NCBI GenBank assembly: GCA_050230475.1
Contig: JBFLGF010000026.1
Location: 124,001-149,612, forward strand
DNA: 25,612 bases
Reading direction: 5' to 3'
Source of the DNA: Ancylonema sp.
Taxonomy: Eukaryota
Below, one piece after another: positions 12,196 through 23,295 of this stretch; the stretch's first letter is position 1; each line of letters opens with the position of its first letter. The notes below the pieces were generated by a model, which made no database searches, had not been told where the DNA came from, and saw nothing but the letters and a program-made list of their open reading frames with translations. The position numbers and the translations under genes were made by a program.

Positions 12196-12551
12196 ATTTT
12201 CTGATAAATAAATATCAAATTAGGAATTAGTGGCGGGTACGGCATCTGGTTTCGCAAAGGCGGGAAACCGGATGCGTTCGAGTAAAAGATTCGAATTGGG
12301 CTGTGGCGGAGCCTTCGAAGGCTGGCAAGATAGGATGAGCAAAGAAGACCACAACGCGGGTGTCAGTCCTTGCTGTCCGCGGGAAGGAAATAGGAAAGCC
12401 GTGTGGAAACTAGCCGGTGTCGTTTTGTTAGAATAGCTGCACGGCTGCTGCAGAAAGTTGGGGTCTTCGAATTATTATTGCCAGCACCATCATCCGCAGA
12501 TATTTGCTGCTGCGTACGAGTTTATTTTTATTTTTTAGTAGACCTTGTGCA

Positions 12552-15500
12552 ATGCCTATAATAATCAACAGCGATGACCCTGCGAAGGAAATCGAGTTCG
12601 CAATATTCATTGATCCCGTTCACGACCGAATTAAGTTGCCCGAAAATTCCGTAAGTTTTTTTCCCCCAATGTTGGGCATGTTATCGATTGTTTGTCCCCT
12701 CTCTTGTTTCACAACCTGGTACCCCCTTCTTTGTCTGGAAGTGAACTTGGAGTGCGGGGTGCTTTAGACCTCGGACATTCCGCGTTTTGCTGTTGTACAC
12801 ACCAGTTCAGTGTGGCTCACAGCTCAGACCTCGCCGGAAAATGTGCAGTTGTGCATGGCTTTCATGAATACGCCACCGTTTCAACGATTGAGAGGGATCC
12901 AGCAACTAGGCGTCTGCTCATTTGTGTTTCCTGCTGCAACTCACACTCGACTCGTGCACTCACTTGGGGTGGCCCACTTAGCATCAAAAGTTATCGACCA
13001 TTTCATGGAAGTTCAGCCCAATCTCCGAATAACTTCCAAAGAAAAGAATACAGTCATGCTTGCAGGTACGAAGTCATATAAAGAGGTGCTCGATGTCCTC
13101 TGGCTTGTGTAGTCCTGTGCAATGACACAACAAATCGATAACTCTATGTGTCAACAAAATTGTGGAGTGTCCTGGCATAATGAAAAGCATGCATCTATGT
13201 CGTTCGAAGTTGATTGTACAGCATTATATCTCGCATTTAATCCTCTTTCCTGTCTCCACCAGTGGCAAGTTAATGGTGATGTATATTGCGTAATTCAGCT
13301 AAAAATGATTGCATTGATTTTTTGACGATTTCCTGACTGTAGCATTTGTAAGATTGATACATTTTTTGGCCTCACAACCAGCTTGCCCTTCTCCATTTCA
13401 TGCTCCACAGCATTGCTACACGATGTTGGTCACGGCCCCTTCAGTCATCTCTTTGACAACGAGGTCCTACCAGTCCTTACCGGCATACAGGGGTACTGGT
13501 GGGATTTTGTTTTTTTTTGCAATTGTATTTGCGTTACAAAACTACTCGATGTTTTCATATTTCAACGCAATTGAAGCTGGTGAATTCAAAGCCTGAACTG
13601 TCTCATCATTCGGTGAAGTTGCTTGCCTGCAGAGACCATGAGAAACGCGGACTCAAAGTAATTGACTTCATCATAAACACCTACAATTTGAAAGTTGATC
13701 AGGATGTTATCACGAGAGTAAAGGTATGCCCATGCCTTCATCAACTTGAAGCTTCAGCAGATGCTCTGCAATTTTCTGCTGAACCTTGATTATGGAATCC
13801 CTTTTGTCTGCAAGCTCTCCTAAACAATAGTCAGCTGTCCATACAATATTAAAATCGCTTTTATACTTTGAGCTGCCCTTGGTCTCGTCACAGAATGCAG
13901 TCTGAGCAGTCTTCACGGATGAGGGACTGACATGGTACCAGCCGCAACATTCTTCTTCTATTCCCTGCCTTGGTCTTTGACAGGAAATGATACGCGGTGA
14001 AAGTCCAGGCACAGAACACGTGAGGCCTCTCCCTGCCAATCATGGTATTACCTGCTGCTGGCAGGCTCCTTGACTAATTTTCTTATTTATCTCAAGTGCT
14101 TCTGTGCAGCCGATGTACCATCGCAGAGTCCTTTGGGATGTGGTTCATAATGGGAAATCAGGCATCGATGTAGACAAGTGAGTGAGCTATTTCCTCTTTT
14201 TCAGCGCACTCGCAGTCTGTACAAAGTAGTGCCTGGTATCTTGCTCCTTAATGCTTGAATTTGCTGGTGCCTTTTGAAGCATAAGGTTTGTTGTTAACCT
14301 GGACAGTATATCTTTGGCAGACTGGATTACTTGGTGAGAGACTCGCAGACTGCAGGAAGTCCAGGAACTGGCGCATTTTCAGACTTCAACGAGTATGTGC
14401 AACACTCCTGATTGCTGTCATTGTTTTGAAGTTTCTGTCAACATCTGTCGGACTTGAGTCAGTATCGAATAAGCTGCGTTATTGACAACTACATAGCAAA
14501 TATTGACACTTACATAGCAAATAGGCATCACAATCAAACGTAAATAAAAGCACTCACCGCGTGTACCGTTTGCTGACATTTTCTTCCCATCCTATGCAGG
14601 ATAATTTCCAGCATGAGAGTGGTGAACAATGAGATCTGCTTTGACGCGACATCTGGTAAGCTATTAGGATGGCGTTTCTCATCACAATCTGTCCCACAAT
14701 ATCGAGCCCATACTAGCAATGTTGTCGTTCTTGACTAAAAGTAACCGTTCAAGAGCTGTCGCATGTGAGTCCGAGGAGCTTCTAACAGCCGCTTGCCTTT
14801 CCTTTTTCAGCTGAATGTTTGTACGACATGTTCTACGCTCGGTCTCAACAACATCGGAAGGTGTACCAACACCGCCACGTCAAGGTGAGAATGGGGAACG
14901 CTTGTGGGGCTTATGGCTGAACATATGGGGCGTCACTTTTGTTGTCTGATCTGTAGTCTGGTCTCCAGACTCAGGCTGCTCCCTCAGTGACTGGAACTTG
15001 ATGCTGGGTGAAGGAGTGACTTTGTATTATGCTTCTCTATTTTTAGAGCGCTTCCAAGGTTGTGCACTGCTTAAAACGCGGCTCTTGCAGCCTCTCCCAT
15101 CAAAAGTTTCTTGAGACCATAGTTGTTTCTTCAGTAAAACCTCAGTAGTGTAGGTAACATTCTTCCTTCGTAGTTCTCGTTACTTATGCTTTCTGTACAT
15201 GTACCATGAGCAAGTAAAACAGCCTGTCCGTTGTTTTCGGGGGGGGGGGAGCAGGCCATCGAGTACATGATCAAAGTATGACCTCGCAGGAAACATCAGC
15301 CGTTGTGTCAACAAAGTTTGGGTAAAAAGTTAAGAAGCCAGTTTGTATCAGATGCCAATTTTATAGTGCAGGTGCTCATGATTATTCTGCCGCCACTGGT
15401 AGCAAAGCCGGTGAATGAACTCATGCCACCAAAATGTTGTGCAGGACGTGTTCATAGTCTCGAATCCAGTGTTCGACTTTGTGAGTAAAGTCGAGGACGT

Positions 15501-17963
15501 TGCAGCATTCTGCAAGGTCGGTGTTGCACCTGCATTCGGCTGCCTGTCCTCTATGGATGCCATGTCTTTCGAAAACCGTGTCTTTTACTCCACTAAACAT
15601 GCTGCCAACAAAGGCGATCAAGTAATCTTTGTATCTTTCACAGCGATTTGGATTCAGACAAAAAATAGTAAAGGATTCAAATTACCGGTTCTTGACATGT
15701 ACTTTGTGTCTACGCAGTTAGATGATTCTATCATCCGAGAGATCAGTCACAGCACGGACCCCCGCCTGCGTGAAGCTCAGCAGATTCTCGACAATCTGCA
15801 CAGGCGGAAGATCTATGAGGTAAAGTTAGCTCATTTCTATATGGCATCCTGAAAACAATAGGTCATGCATGACATACGGTTACGTGACAGCGTTTTTTAT
15901 GGCGATAACTCAATCACTGGTTTTTCACACGTGTGTGTTGTGTATACGACAAGGGATTCGCACCGAGCACAACCGTCTGCGACTGTGTTCCGGTAGGATC
16001 TGGTGATTCAGATTCTGTGAAAGGTCGAGGTTCTGCTACCGATCCACGGTGGAGGAGAGTGATATGCTGAAGAGTGACCTTCACCACCTGTGCAGTTTGT
16101 CAACGAATTCAAGAACTACGGAGCTTTGACTGGCTCTGAGACTGAGGGAATAAGCTGTTCGGAGGACGACAGTGCAGAGATCACTGCGGCCAGTATCTGT
16201 GCGCACTTGGTAAGAACGTGACTCTCGTATCACTTGATTTTGAACTTCAAGGGCCAATGAGTTTTCTTTTACTGAGAGCGCCACTATCTGTCTTTTAATG
16301 GGAGGGCATGATCGTTTGTAGCATAAGGAAAGATGGTGACAGTTGTTCTCGTATGTGTTTTAAACGTTTACGAAGTAATGTAAACATACTCCTGAAGTTC
16401 TTCGCAAAACCAAGGGGCTGTGGTGATAGCAACGCATTCCTGACCCTCAGGTTCCTTTTTCACTTTTTCTTCCAGCCACCTGATTCAGATATCCTGACCA
16501 AGGATGTGCTCATCCATAACATGAAGATTGACTACGGGGCAAAGGACAAGAATCCAGTCGACAAGTGAGTCCATCCAAGACGCAACAGCAACCAGAACAG
16601 CAGATGTATGTTTGATCGCTTCAGCACACATGAGTGGCATTCGTAAGCAGTGCGCATTCTGGTGCGGTTCGAAGCAGTTTGTTTCTCACAAACTGATGGT
16701 CAGATTCTTGAGTTGCACTATCGTCACCGGACCTTCTGAATACCTGAGCTACAACCCTAGTAAAGAAAAAGCTTCAACCCTGTTTTGTAGTTTTCACAGC
16801 ATGACGGTTTAGAAAAAAGAGTTATTGGGCTACCCAACTCAACTGCCTCCCCTTTCTGATGTGCCTTATCCTCGTGTGCATGCCCGCCCCCTCGCCCCCT
16901 GCCGGAACCCCTCCCCCCTGGTGTCCAGAGTTCTCTTCTACGAGGTAGGGCGATGTCAGCATTTCTTTTTCTTGGTACATAAACGCAATGCATGCGCATG
17001 AATGCTTCGTTAAAGTTCTCAGCTTTGAAGACTAAGAGTCCGTCGGTTTTCAACTGCATCTGGATGGGAGAAGTTGTCGATACAGCCAACAGGACATATA
17101 ACAACAGCATTGCATATGCCCTGATGAAGGGCCATACCAATACCCATACCCTGCCCTGCCCACAGGCCCTGCCCTGCCCTGCTGCCTTTGGATGCTGCCT
17201 GTTGTTGTCAATGGCGTGAAGAAAATAAAATGTTTGCAATAAATGTGGGGTGGGCTGCAGAAGGGCGACTTGAAGAGAAGCTTCCACATCCCCGGAGACC
17301 AGATCAGCAGTATGCTGCCACGTGTCTTTGAGGACTTCATTGTGCGCGTGTACTACCGGTTCAAGGATGCAAACAAGGTACAGGGAAACCCGTCGAAATC
17401 AATACTGTGCAAATCAATTTCCTGTCTGGTTTAATAGAAAATCTTCTGCCCGATTTCGGGCTTTCACCCAAAACATGACGTGTAAATTCGAAACCTGTCT
17501 AAAATTTGTACTTTTTAAATTGCCCGGACATCATTGATATAGACAGGTTATACTATACATCTGACCATAGAGTGTACACTCTCTCAAACCAGGGCCTTGA
17601 CATAGCGGCCAGGGCTATGACAAAAGTCACACACGTCACAGACGTCTGCTTGTGCAAACGGTTCTGGTCACAGATTACTCCGTTCCTTTTCCATAAATAA
17701 AAAATTCCAATGTGCCAGATTTGGCTGAAGCAAGTGGATTGGTCCTGGGGGGGCAGATAAGGAAGCTGAAAGAAGCCTCTGAGGCTTTCCAGAGAGCTAC
17801 TTGGAAAAGAACGACGCAAAGGACACCCGTGAGGAGTGCAACCGGTCGCTCGGGGCACACAGCAATCGGGGTTGGACAGGACGTGTTTGAAGGCGTGGTT
17901 GATCATGAAAGTCCATCGCGAAAGCGGAACTTGGATGAGGCATTAGCAATCATTGAACAGTAG
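12552..17963 (+). CDS. SAMHD1: SAMHD1/VEN4-like HD-domain dNTP triphosphohydrolase; 17 exons, 510 aa, no SAM domain
   Basis: Exons (all GT-AG, phases consistent, 1533 nt including stop): 12552-12650, 12849-13065, 13411-13492, 13633-13723, 13984-14019, 14110-14177, 14321-14392, 14600-14655, 14811-14884, 15255-15275, 15445-15516, 15718-15819, 16096-16209, 16476-16564, 16929-16944, 17261-17377, 17757-17963. Family motifs occur in order: DPVH, TPPFQRLRGIQQLG, THTRLVHSLGVAHLA, LLHDVGHGPFSHLFD, HE, GIDVDKLDYLVRD, LYDMFYAR..HRKVYQH, KLDDSII, DPRLREAQQIL, IDYGAKDKNPVDKVLFY, QISSMLP..FEDFIVRVY. The symbol denotes the family; strict orthology is not established. Confidence 0.95.
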
Positions 17964-18529
17964 AGGATGCGAATCTTGGATGGAGTACGGGTGAACATGT
18001 GCTTGGTTTGGTGGAATCTTGGCTGCTAGGGTGTGAGATTGCAGAACCGTGTCCGTTGGCTGGAAGTGAGCTTCCAGAAAATGGTCCTAATTATAGAACG
18101 TGGTGCAAACATCAAGTGTTGATGTGTCTTGAAGGAACAATCTGGAGTGCTCGGGTTGTTTCTCTACTTTATTATGAGCCTTCGTTGATATCATTGATAT
18201 TCGATTTGGTGTAATTCCATTTCTTTCATCGTAAAAAAAGAGGCACGATGGTGTAGGCGAAGGTGGTCAAGTAGACCAATATATGAAGGGGTCCTATTTA
18301 CATGTTTTACAGCCTGCATGATCGTGAATCTTCCAAGAACCATCCGCAAAAGTGGTGGACATCGCACCTCGCTTCAGGTTACTGAGAGAAATCTATACAT
18401 ATAAATATAGAGGTTATGTTCTAGGGTCTTCCCTGCTGCTCATTCCTGATTGGCATCTCTTTGTCTCTTAGTTGCTCGCGAGTGCTTTCATAGACTTTGA
18501 CTTGTTGTCCCCGCATCAAACCAATCCAC

Positions 18530-18943
18530 TGTGAGAACTTTCCCCTGCCATCTTTGCAAGAATAAAGTTCAACTTTTAATCAACTCATGAATCAATCGAT
18601 CACGACATTACAAGCATTAACACAGCAAAAGTGCAAGCTAGAGATAGAAAGTCTGATTACAGGATCTTGCGTGCAAGTCCACTCTTAGTACAGTTGAGTG
18701 TGATCGACAGAATGCCTAAGTCAACATATCGAAACTATTTGAGTCAACACCAATCACAACTAGGCATTATGCCACATCGACTAAAAACTTATCGACACTT
18801 ATGCGACTGGCCAGACTTGTTGACACAATCATTACTTACAAGTTCGGCCGGCATTTGCTGAATAACGACAAGAACTCAAACTACGCGAACGGATCGGACA
18901 AATCGATATAACAACAAAAGTTCACAGCCCCTAAAAGCTAACA
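18530..18943 (-). repeat. 3' LTR of copia element A (about 414 bp)
   Basis: Begins TGTTAG (minus strand, 18943) immediately after the PPT. The best-matching end is CTCACA (18535-18530), an imperfect inverted terminus. The left boundary is inferred because the 5' LTR is outside the window. Confidence 0.7.
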
Positions 18944-18953
18944 CCCCCTCCTT
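18944..18953 (-). promoter_or_regulatory. Polypurine tract of element A (AAGGAGGGGG)
   Basis: Purine run about 80 bp after the pol stop (19034-19036), directly abutting TGTTAG. Confidence 0.85.
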
Positions 18954-19033
18954 GGGTACTTCTGTTTCCCCCTCCAAAAACGATAATACAATATATCGAT
19001 TTTTCACAAAAACACAAAAAGCCTTAGAAATGC

Positions 19034-20600
19034 TCACTGCTCCTCAATCAACCCAATTAAAGCACAATTCTTCCTCAAAACCTTGACAGGTACAGCCTTT
19101 GTCATCATGTCAGCAGCCTGATCCTCACTCTTCACAAACCCCAGCCTGATCTTCTTCTTTGCAACTCTCTCCCTGATAGAATGCCACTTGATCTCAATGT
19201 GTTTTTAGCGTTTGTGAAATACTGGATTTTCAGCCAGCTTCATCGAGCTCTCATTGTCACCAAGAATCAAAACTTCACCATTTCCCCCAACCCCAAGCTC
19301 CCCTTGCATTTGGCTGAGGTAAATCGCCTCATAACCAGCAGAACTGAGAGCCAGGTACTCACTTTCACAGCTAGAGTGAGTAACTGTCTCTAGAAGACTG
19401 CTTTTCCAACTCACTGCCGCCCCAGCACTCAGAAACACATATCATGTTCTGCCTTTCCTTGTGTCGATGTCATCACCATGGTTGGCGTCCGAATAACCAT
19501 GCACTGCCAAGTCAGCTCCCTTCTCATACATCAACCCCAAGTGCACTGGTCCCTTCAAGTATCGCAGCACACGTTTCACCCCCTCCCAGTGTTGCTCTCC
19601 CGGACGCCCACTGTATCGACACAGAGTATTCACAGCAACTGCCAGATCTGGACGAGTCCCTCAGGTAAGATACATCAAACTTCCCACAGCTGATTTGTAC
19701 CCCACTCCTTCTAAACCTGCAGCCTCATCAAGATCTCCCAGATTTGCACAAAACTTTATCCCGATCTCCAGAGGGTTGGCTGCTGAGTTGCAGTCTTCCA
19801 TGCCAAACTTGCTAAGCAGCTCTTTGCTGTACTTCTCCTGGCACAGGAACACATTGCCATTTGGCTGACGTCTGATCTCCAGATCTAGCAGAAACTTCGC
19901 CTCACCCAGGTCTTTCATGTTGTACCTTGTATTCAGCCCTCCTTTCACCCCAAATATTTTCTCCAGGAGTACACACAGCAGAAAGATATCGTCAACATAC
20001 AGCGCCAAATACAAAGCATCAGCTCCCTCTCCCAGAATATACAGATCAAAATCAGAAGCCAGACGATGAAATTTTAGCTTCTTCAACACATCGTCAATAC
20101 GCTGGTTCCATCCCCTTGGTGCTTGTTTCAGGCCATATAGACACCTGAGCAGCAACCACACCAGATCCTCCTCTCCAGGTCCACACGTGCCATCTGAAGC
20201 CTCCATGTACACCACTTCCTCTAAAGGTGCATACAAAAAGGTTGTGGTGACGTCCATCTGGTGCATGTGCATCCCCTTAGAAGCTCCCATTGCTAGAAGT
20301 TGTCTGATGCTTTCAAAACGAACTGTCGGTGAGAAGGTTTGATCATAACCATCTCCCTCTACTTGACTGAAACCCTTTGCAACTACCCTTCCCTTGTACT
20401 TCTCAACAGTTCCATCTATATTTGACTTTGAGAACCCACTTTGACTTGACAATTTTCTTTCCTTTTGGCCTAGGAACCAATCGATAGACTTGATTTTCTC
20501 GCAAGCTTCCCATTTTTGTTGCCATAACTACGCTGCTTCCCATTGAACTCTTTCTAGACTCTCAAGTGCTTCTCTCACATATGTTGGAGTTTTCACCTTT
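19034..20600 (-). pseudogene. Copia A reverse transcriptase + RNase H, disrupted
   Basis: RT motifs: KYKGRVVAKGFSQVEG, TFSPTV, HQMDVTTTFL, LYGLKQAPRGWN, LYVDD, MKDLG, YKSAVGSLMYL. RNase H motifs: GYSDAN, SSCESEY, GDNESS, KHIEIKWH, AADMMTK. The region is broken by frameshifts (about 20450 and 19660) and in-frame stops (about 19442 and 19205). Confidence 0.95.
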
Positions 20601-21079
20601 CTCTCCAGGTTGGCAACAAATGCTGCAGCAAATATATTTGGAGGAGCACCTCTGTTTGGCATGAATGATCGTCGAGGAAAGGAAGGAATATCTGTGGTCT
20701 CAGCATCGGTATCATCATCACCAGGTCCAAAAGGATTTGTTGGAGTGGCATCGTCAGGGTACCACTCTGGACCATCTTCCAAGATATCTTGATCGTCATC
20801 ACTCTCACTCGAATTGCTGACAAGTTCTGGGAGCTCTTGATTCTGAAGAGGAACAACTCCCAGAAACTGAAGTACGGGATTTCCCACAGTATCGGGGATC
20901 TGTTCATCGACATAATTCAAATTTTCTTGAGCTTGTTGCCCACTCTCCGAATTGCCCCCTCCCACTCTGTGGCTACACTCTTGCAGATCTGGCCATGTCA
21001 TGTTTGAAACTTCTTGGATATCATGCAGCTTTCCTTTCTTCCCAACATTCTGTCCACGCCACCAGCCAGCTCTGCATGT

Positions 21080-22795
21080 GCAACTCCGACATTGTAAACT
21101 TTGTTTGACACAGGGTCCCAGACTCGATGACATGGACTGTCAGAGTTGCAATCCACTGCTAGAGACGAGGGCTTGCATCATCTTTGTGTCGCAGAATCTC
21201 TACCCATGATTTTGTGCTGAACTCATCGACGATTACCATGTCGAAGTTTCCACCCCCAATCTATGCAGGTTTGAATGGCCTTGCCAGATCTACCGACACT
21301 CTTCCAAGACACGCTTTCTCTCCTGCACCTGCTTCTCGACGTGGATGAGGTTTGTCATGAGCCTTTCCGAGCTTGCATCCCTCACAATTTTTCATGACCC
21401 CTGAAAGTCCTCCCTCAAGTCCTCTCACAAGTTCATCTCGAAACAGATTTTTCAGCACCCTCTCGTTCGCATGCCCTAGTCTGGTGTGAAGTCGATTGAT
21501 ATCGATGGCAGCTACAACAGCCTCCTCTTCAATGCATTTTTTATGTCGAACTGGAGTGCAGATTAGAGTTTTGCGATCTATCGATGTTTCTTGCAGCGTG
21601 CAGACCTGCTTCCCATATTTATTGAAGACAGGAATGATGCCCCCGGCGTTGCCACTGCAGGTATACGACCAGCCTACTTCCCTTGCTTTTTGTCCACTGA
21701 ACAGATTAACTCTCATCCCTGGAATGTAAAGACATTTTTGGAGAGTCACTCCACCACATTCTCCATCTGTATTGAGCTCGACTGTTCCCCATTGCTTGAC
21801 TCGAACACTACCGACAAGGTGATGCATAATAACCTCATGTGGAATGTCCTCGAGAGTTTTGAAATAGCTTTTCTGTCCACTTGAATGATGGTTTGAGCCA
21901 TCGTAAAAAAGAATGCCTTTTTCGTCATCGTCAATATCTGCTACATTTCCCTCCCAGATTTCTGCAACGACAGCTTCACCATGTCCGCAACAGTCATCTT
22001 CTTTGATCTCAGCTTCACCCACAAAAGCACATCTCCCTGTGCGCACTCCCTTTCTCTCCAAGCGTGGAGCTTCATTCTTTTTGTCGAAACAGGTAAACTC
22101 AACATGACCGATCGCTCCACAGTACTTGCCCTCAACATCTTTCTTCTTGCAGTCTCGACTGTAATGGCCTGTTTCTCCACATGTGTAGCAAGAATGACCT
22201 CCACTAGATCCATTGCTGCCACCTCGTCCTCCTTGACCACCTCTGCTTCCACGACTGCTTCCAAAATTTACTCTGCTTGCACCCCTGCCTCCTCGATTGT
22301 CGATGCCACCACCTCTGCCTCGACTAGATATTTTTTTTGTCGAGATGACCACTTGGCATAGTTGGCTTCAGCAACCAGCGCTTCTGCATCTTTAACATCC
22401 TGCTCTTTCTTTTCAACCAGTTCGTCGACTCCCATCTGTGCCCAGATCCAATCGATTCCACGTGCCTCTTTCTGTCCATAGTAGAGTCGCTTCAAAAGTC
22501 CATACTTTGTTCTTGCCATCCCGGCAAACAGCGTTATCACCTGATCTTCCTTGCTGACCGTGTAATTTTGATGTGCACATTCTCGAAAAATCGACACAAA
22601 CTCCTCCTTTATGTCTCGAAGTGACAACTTCTCATTCAGTCTAAAAGAGTTCAGCTTCTCCTTGGCGAGTTGTCGAAGTTCTGGAGTTACTTTATCATAT
22701 TCCTCCTTCAGATAACTCCACATTGATTTGGGATCTCTTTCGAACTGCTCTAGCACTATAGCAATGTCTTCACTAACAAGTGACATGATCAGCAT
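21080..22795 (-). pseudogene. Copia A gag, Zn knuckles, protease and partial integrase, disrupted
   Basis: Gag ORF 22268-22795 is frameshifted near the A8 run (about 22335) into ORF 21261-22352. Motifs: CYTCGETGHYSRDC, (G)KYCGAIGHVEFTC, a degenerate protease site FYDGSNHH, LHTRLGH...CEGC, and RVSVDL..P...*IGGGNFDMVIVDEFS. This is followed directly by an SH3-like HRVWDPVSNKVY. Confidence 0.92.
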
Positions 22796-23295
22796 TGTTA
22801 GGATTTGAAGTATCGGATAGGCATACCTTGTTTGGCCTACTCCGGACTTAGCCTAAAATGTAGTCTAGCATATTAGGTACCAAGTCCTATTGTCTAGTCA
22901 AGGAGCCGGGAATACCACACCCGGGCATCCAACCGTCTTGGCACACCCGGCGGTGTGCCATAATTGTTGTCGCTACAATCTAGGTGCAGTTTGTCAAAAT
23001 GTACCTAGGGCGGTGGTACGCTGGTATTGGCTAGAATCTAGTGTGTCAGTTCAGTCCGGCGATAGTGCCGATGTACTTGTGTGTAGCGGTCTTATGATTG
23101 GGCGACGGTCAATAGTTCCGACCGCCGACCGTTAGAATTGAGATCCGCAATGTACGATCGTCGGGGTGTATCAACCCGACAATCACACTTTTATGATTAA
23201 CTATTCCAAGAGACAAAATTGCCATACGCTTGATCCATCGTGCGATACGTATCATTGTTGCGGATAGTACCATCTCATCACACCAAATCTTTACA
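22796..23295 (+). repeat. 5' LTR of copia element B (500 bp; TGTTAG...TTTACA)
   Basis: TG...CA termini. The left edge coincides with the break in gag A, and the right edge abuts the PBS. Confidence 0.85.

Larger units (their letters stand above)
18530..22795 (-). mobile_element. Ty1/copia LTR retrotransposon A; decayed, 5' part displaced by element B
   Basis: The minus strand carries gag, Zn knuckles, protease, integrase, RT, RNase H, PPT and LTR in copia order, with multiple stops, frameshifts and an internal deletion. Homology stops abruptly at 22795, where the LTR of element B begins. Confidence 0.95.

Noticed and set aside
14485..14523. Short tandem duplication (gaca..tacatagcaaata x2) in intron 7
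   Set aside because: Two units only; ordinary slippage, not a CRISPR-like or functional array.
16757..17287. 176-aa antisense ORF inside the dNTPase gene
   Set aside because: It lies mostly over introns 14-15 and is built from CCCTG and C-run low-complexity sequence; no recognisable domain.
17593..17700. Alternative terminal exon GLDIAARAMTK... after the cag at 17590-17592
   Set aside because: It is phase-compatible, but 17757-17963 fits the family better (SEAF helix and TP motif). Only RNA-seq could revive it.
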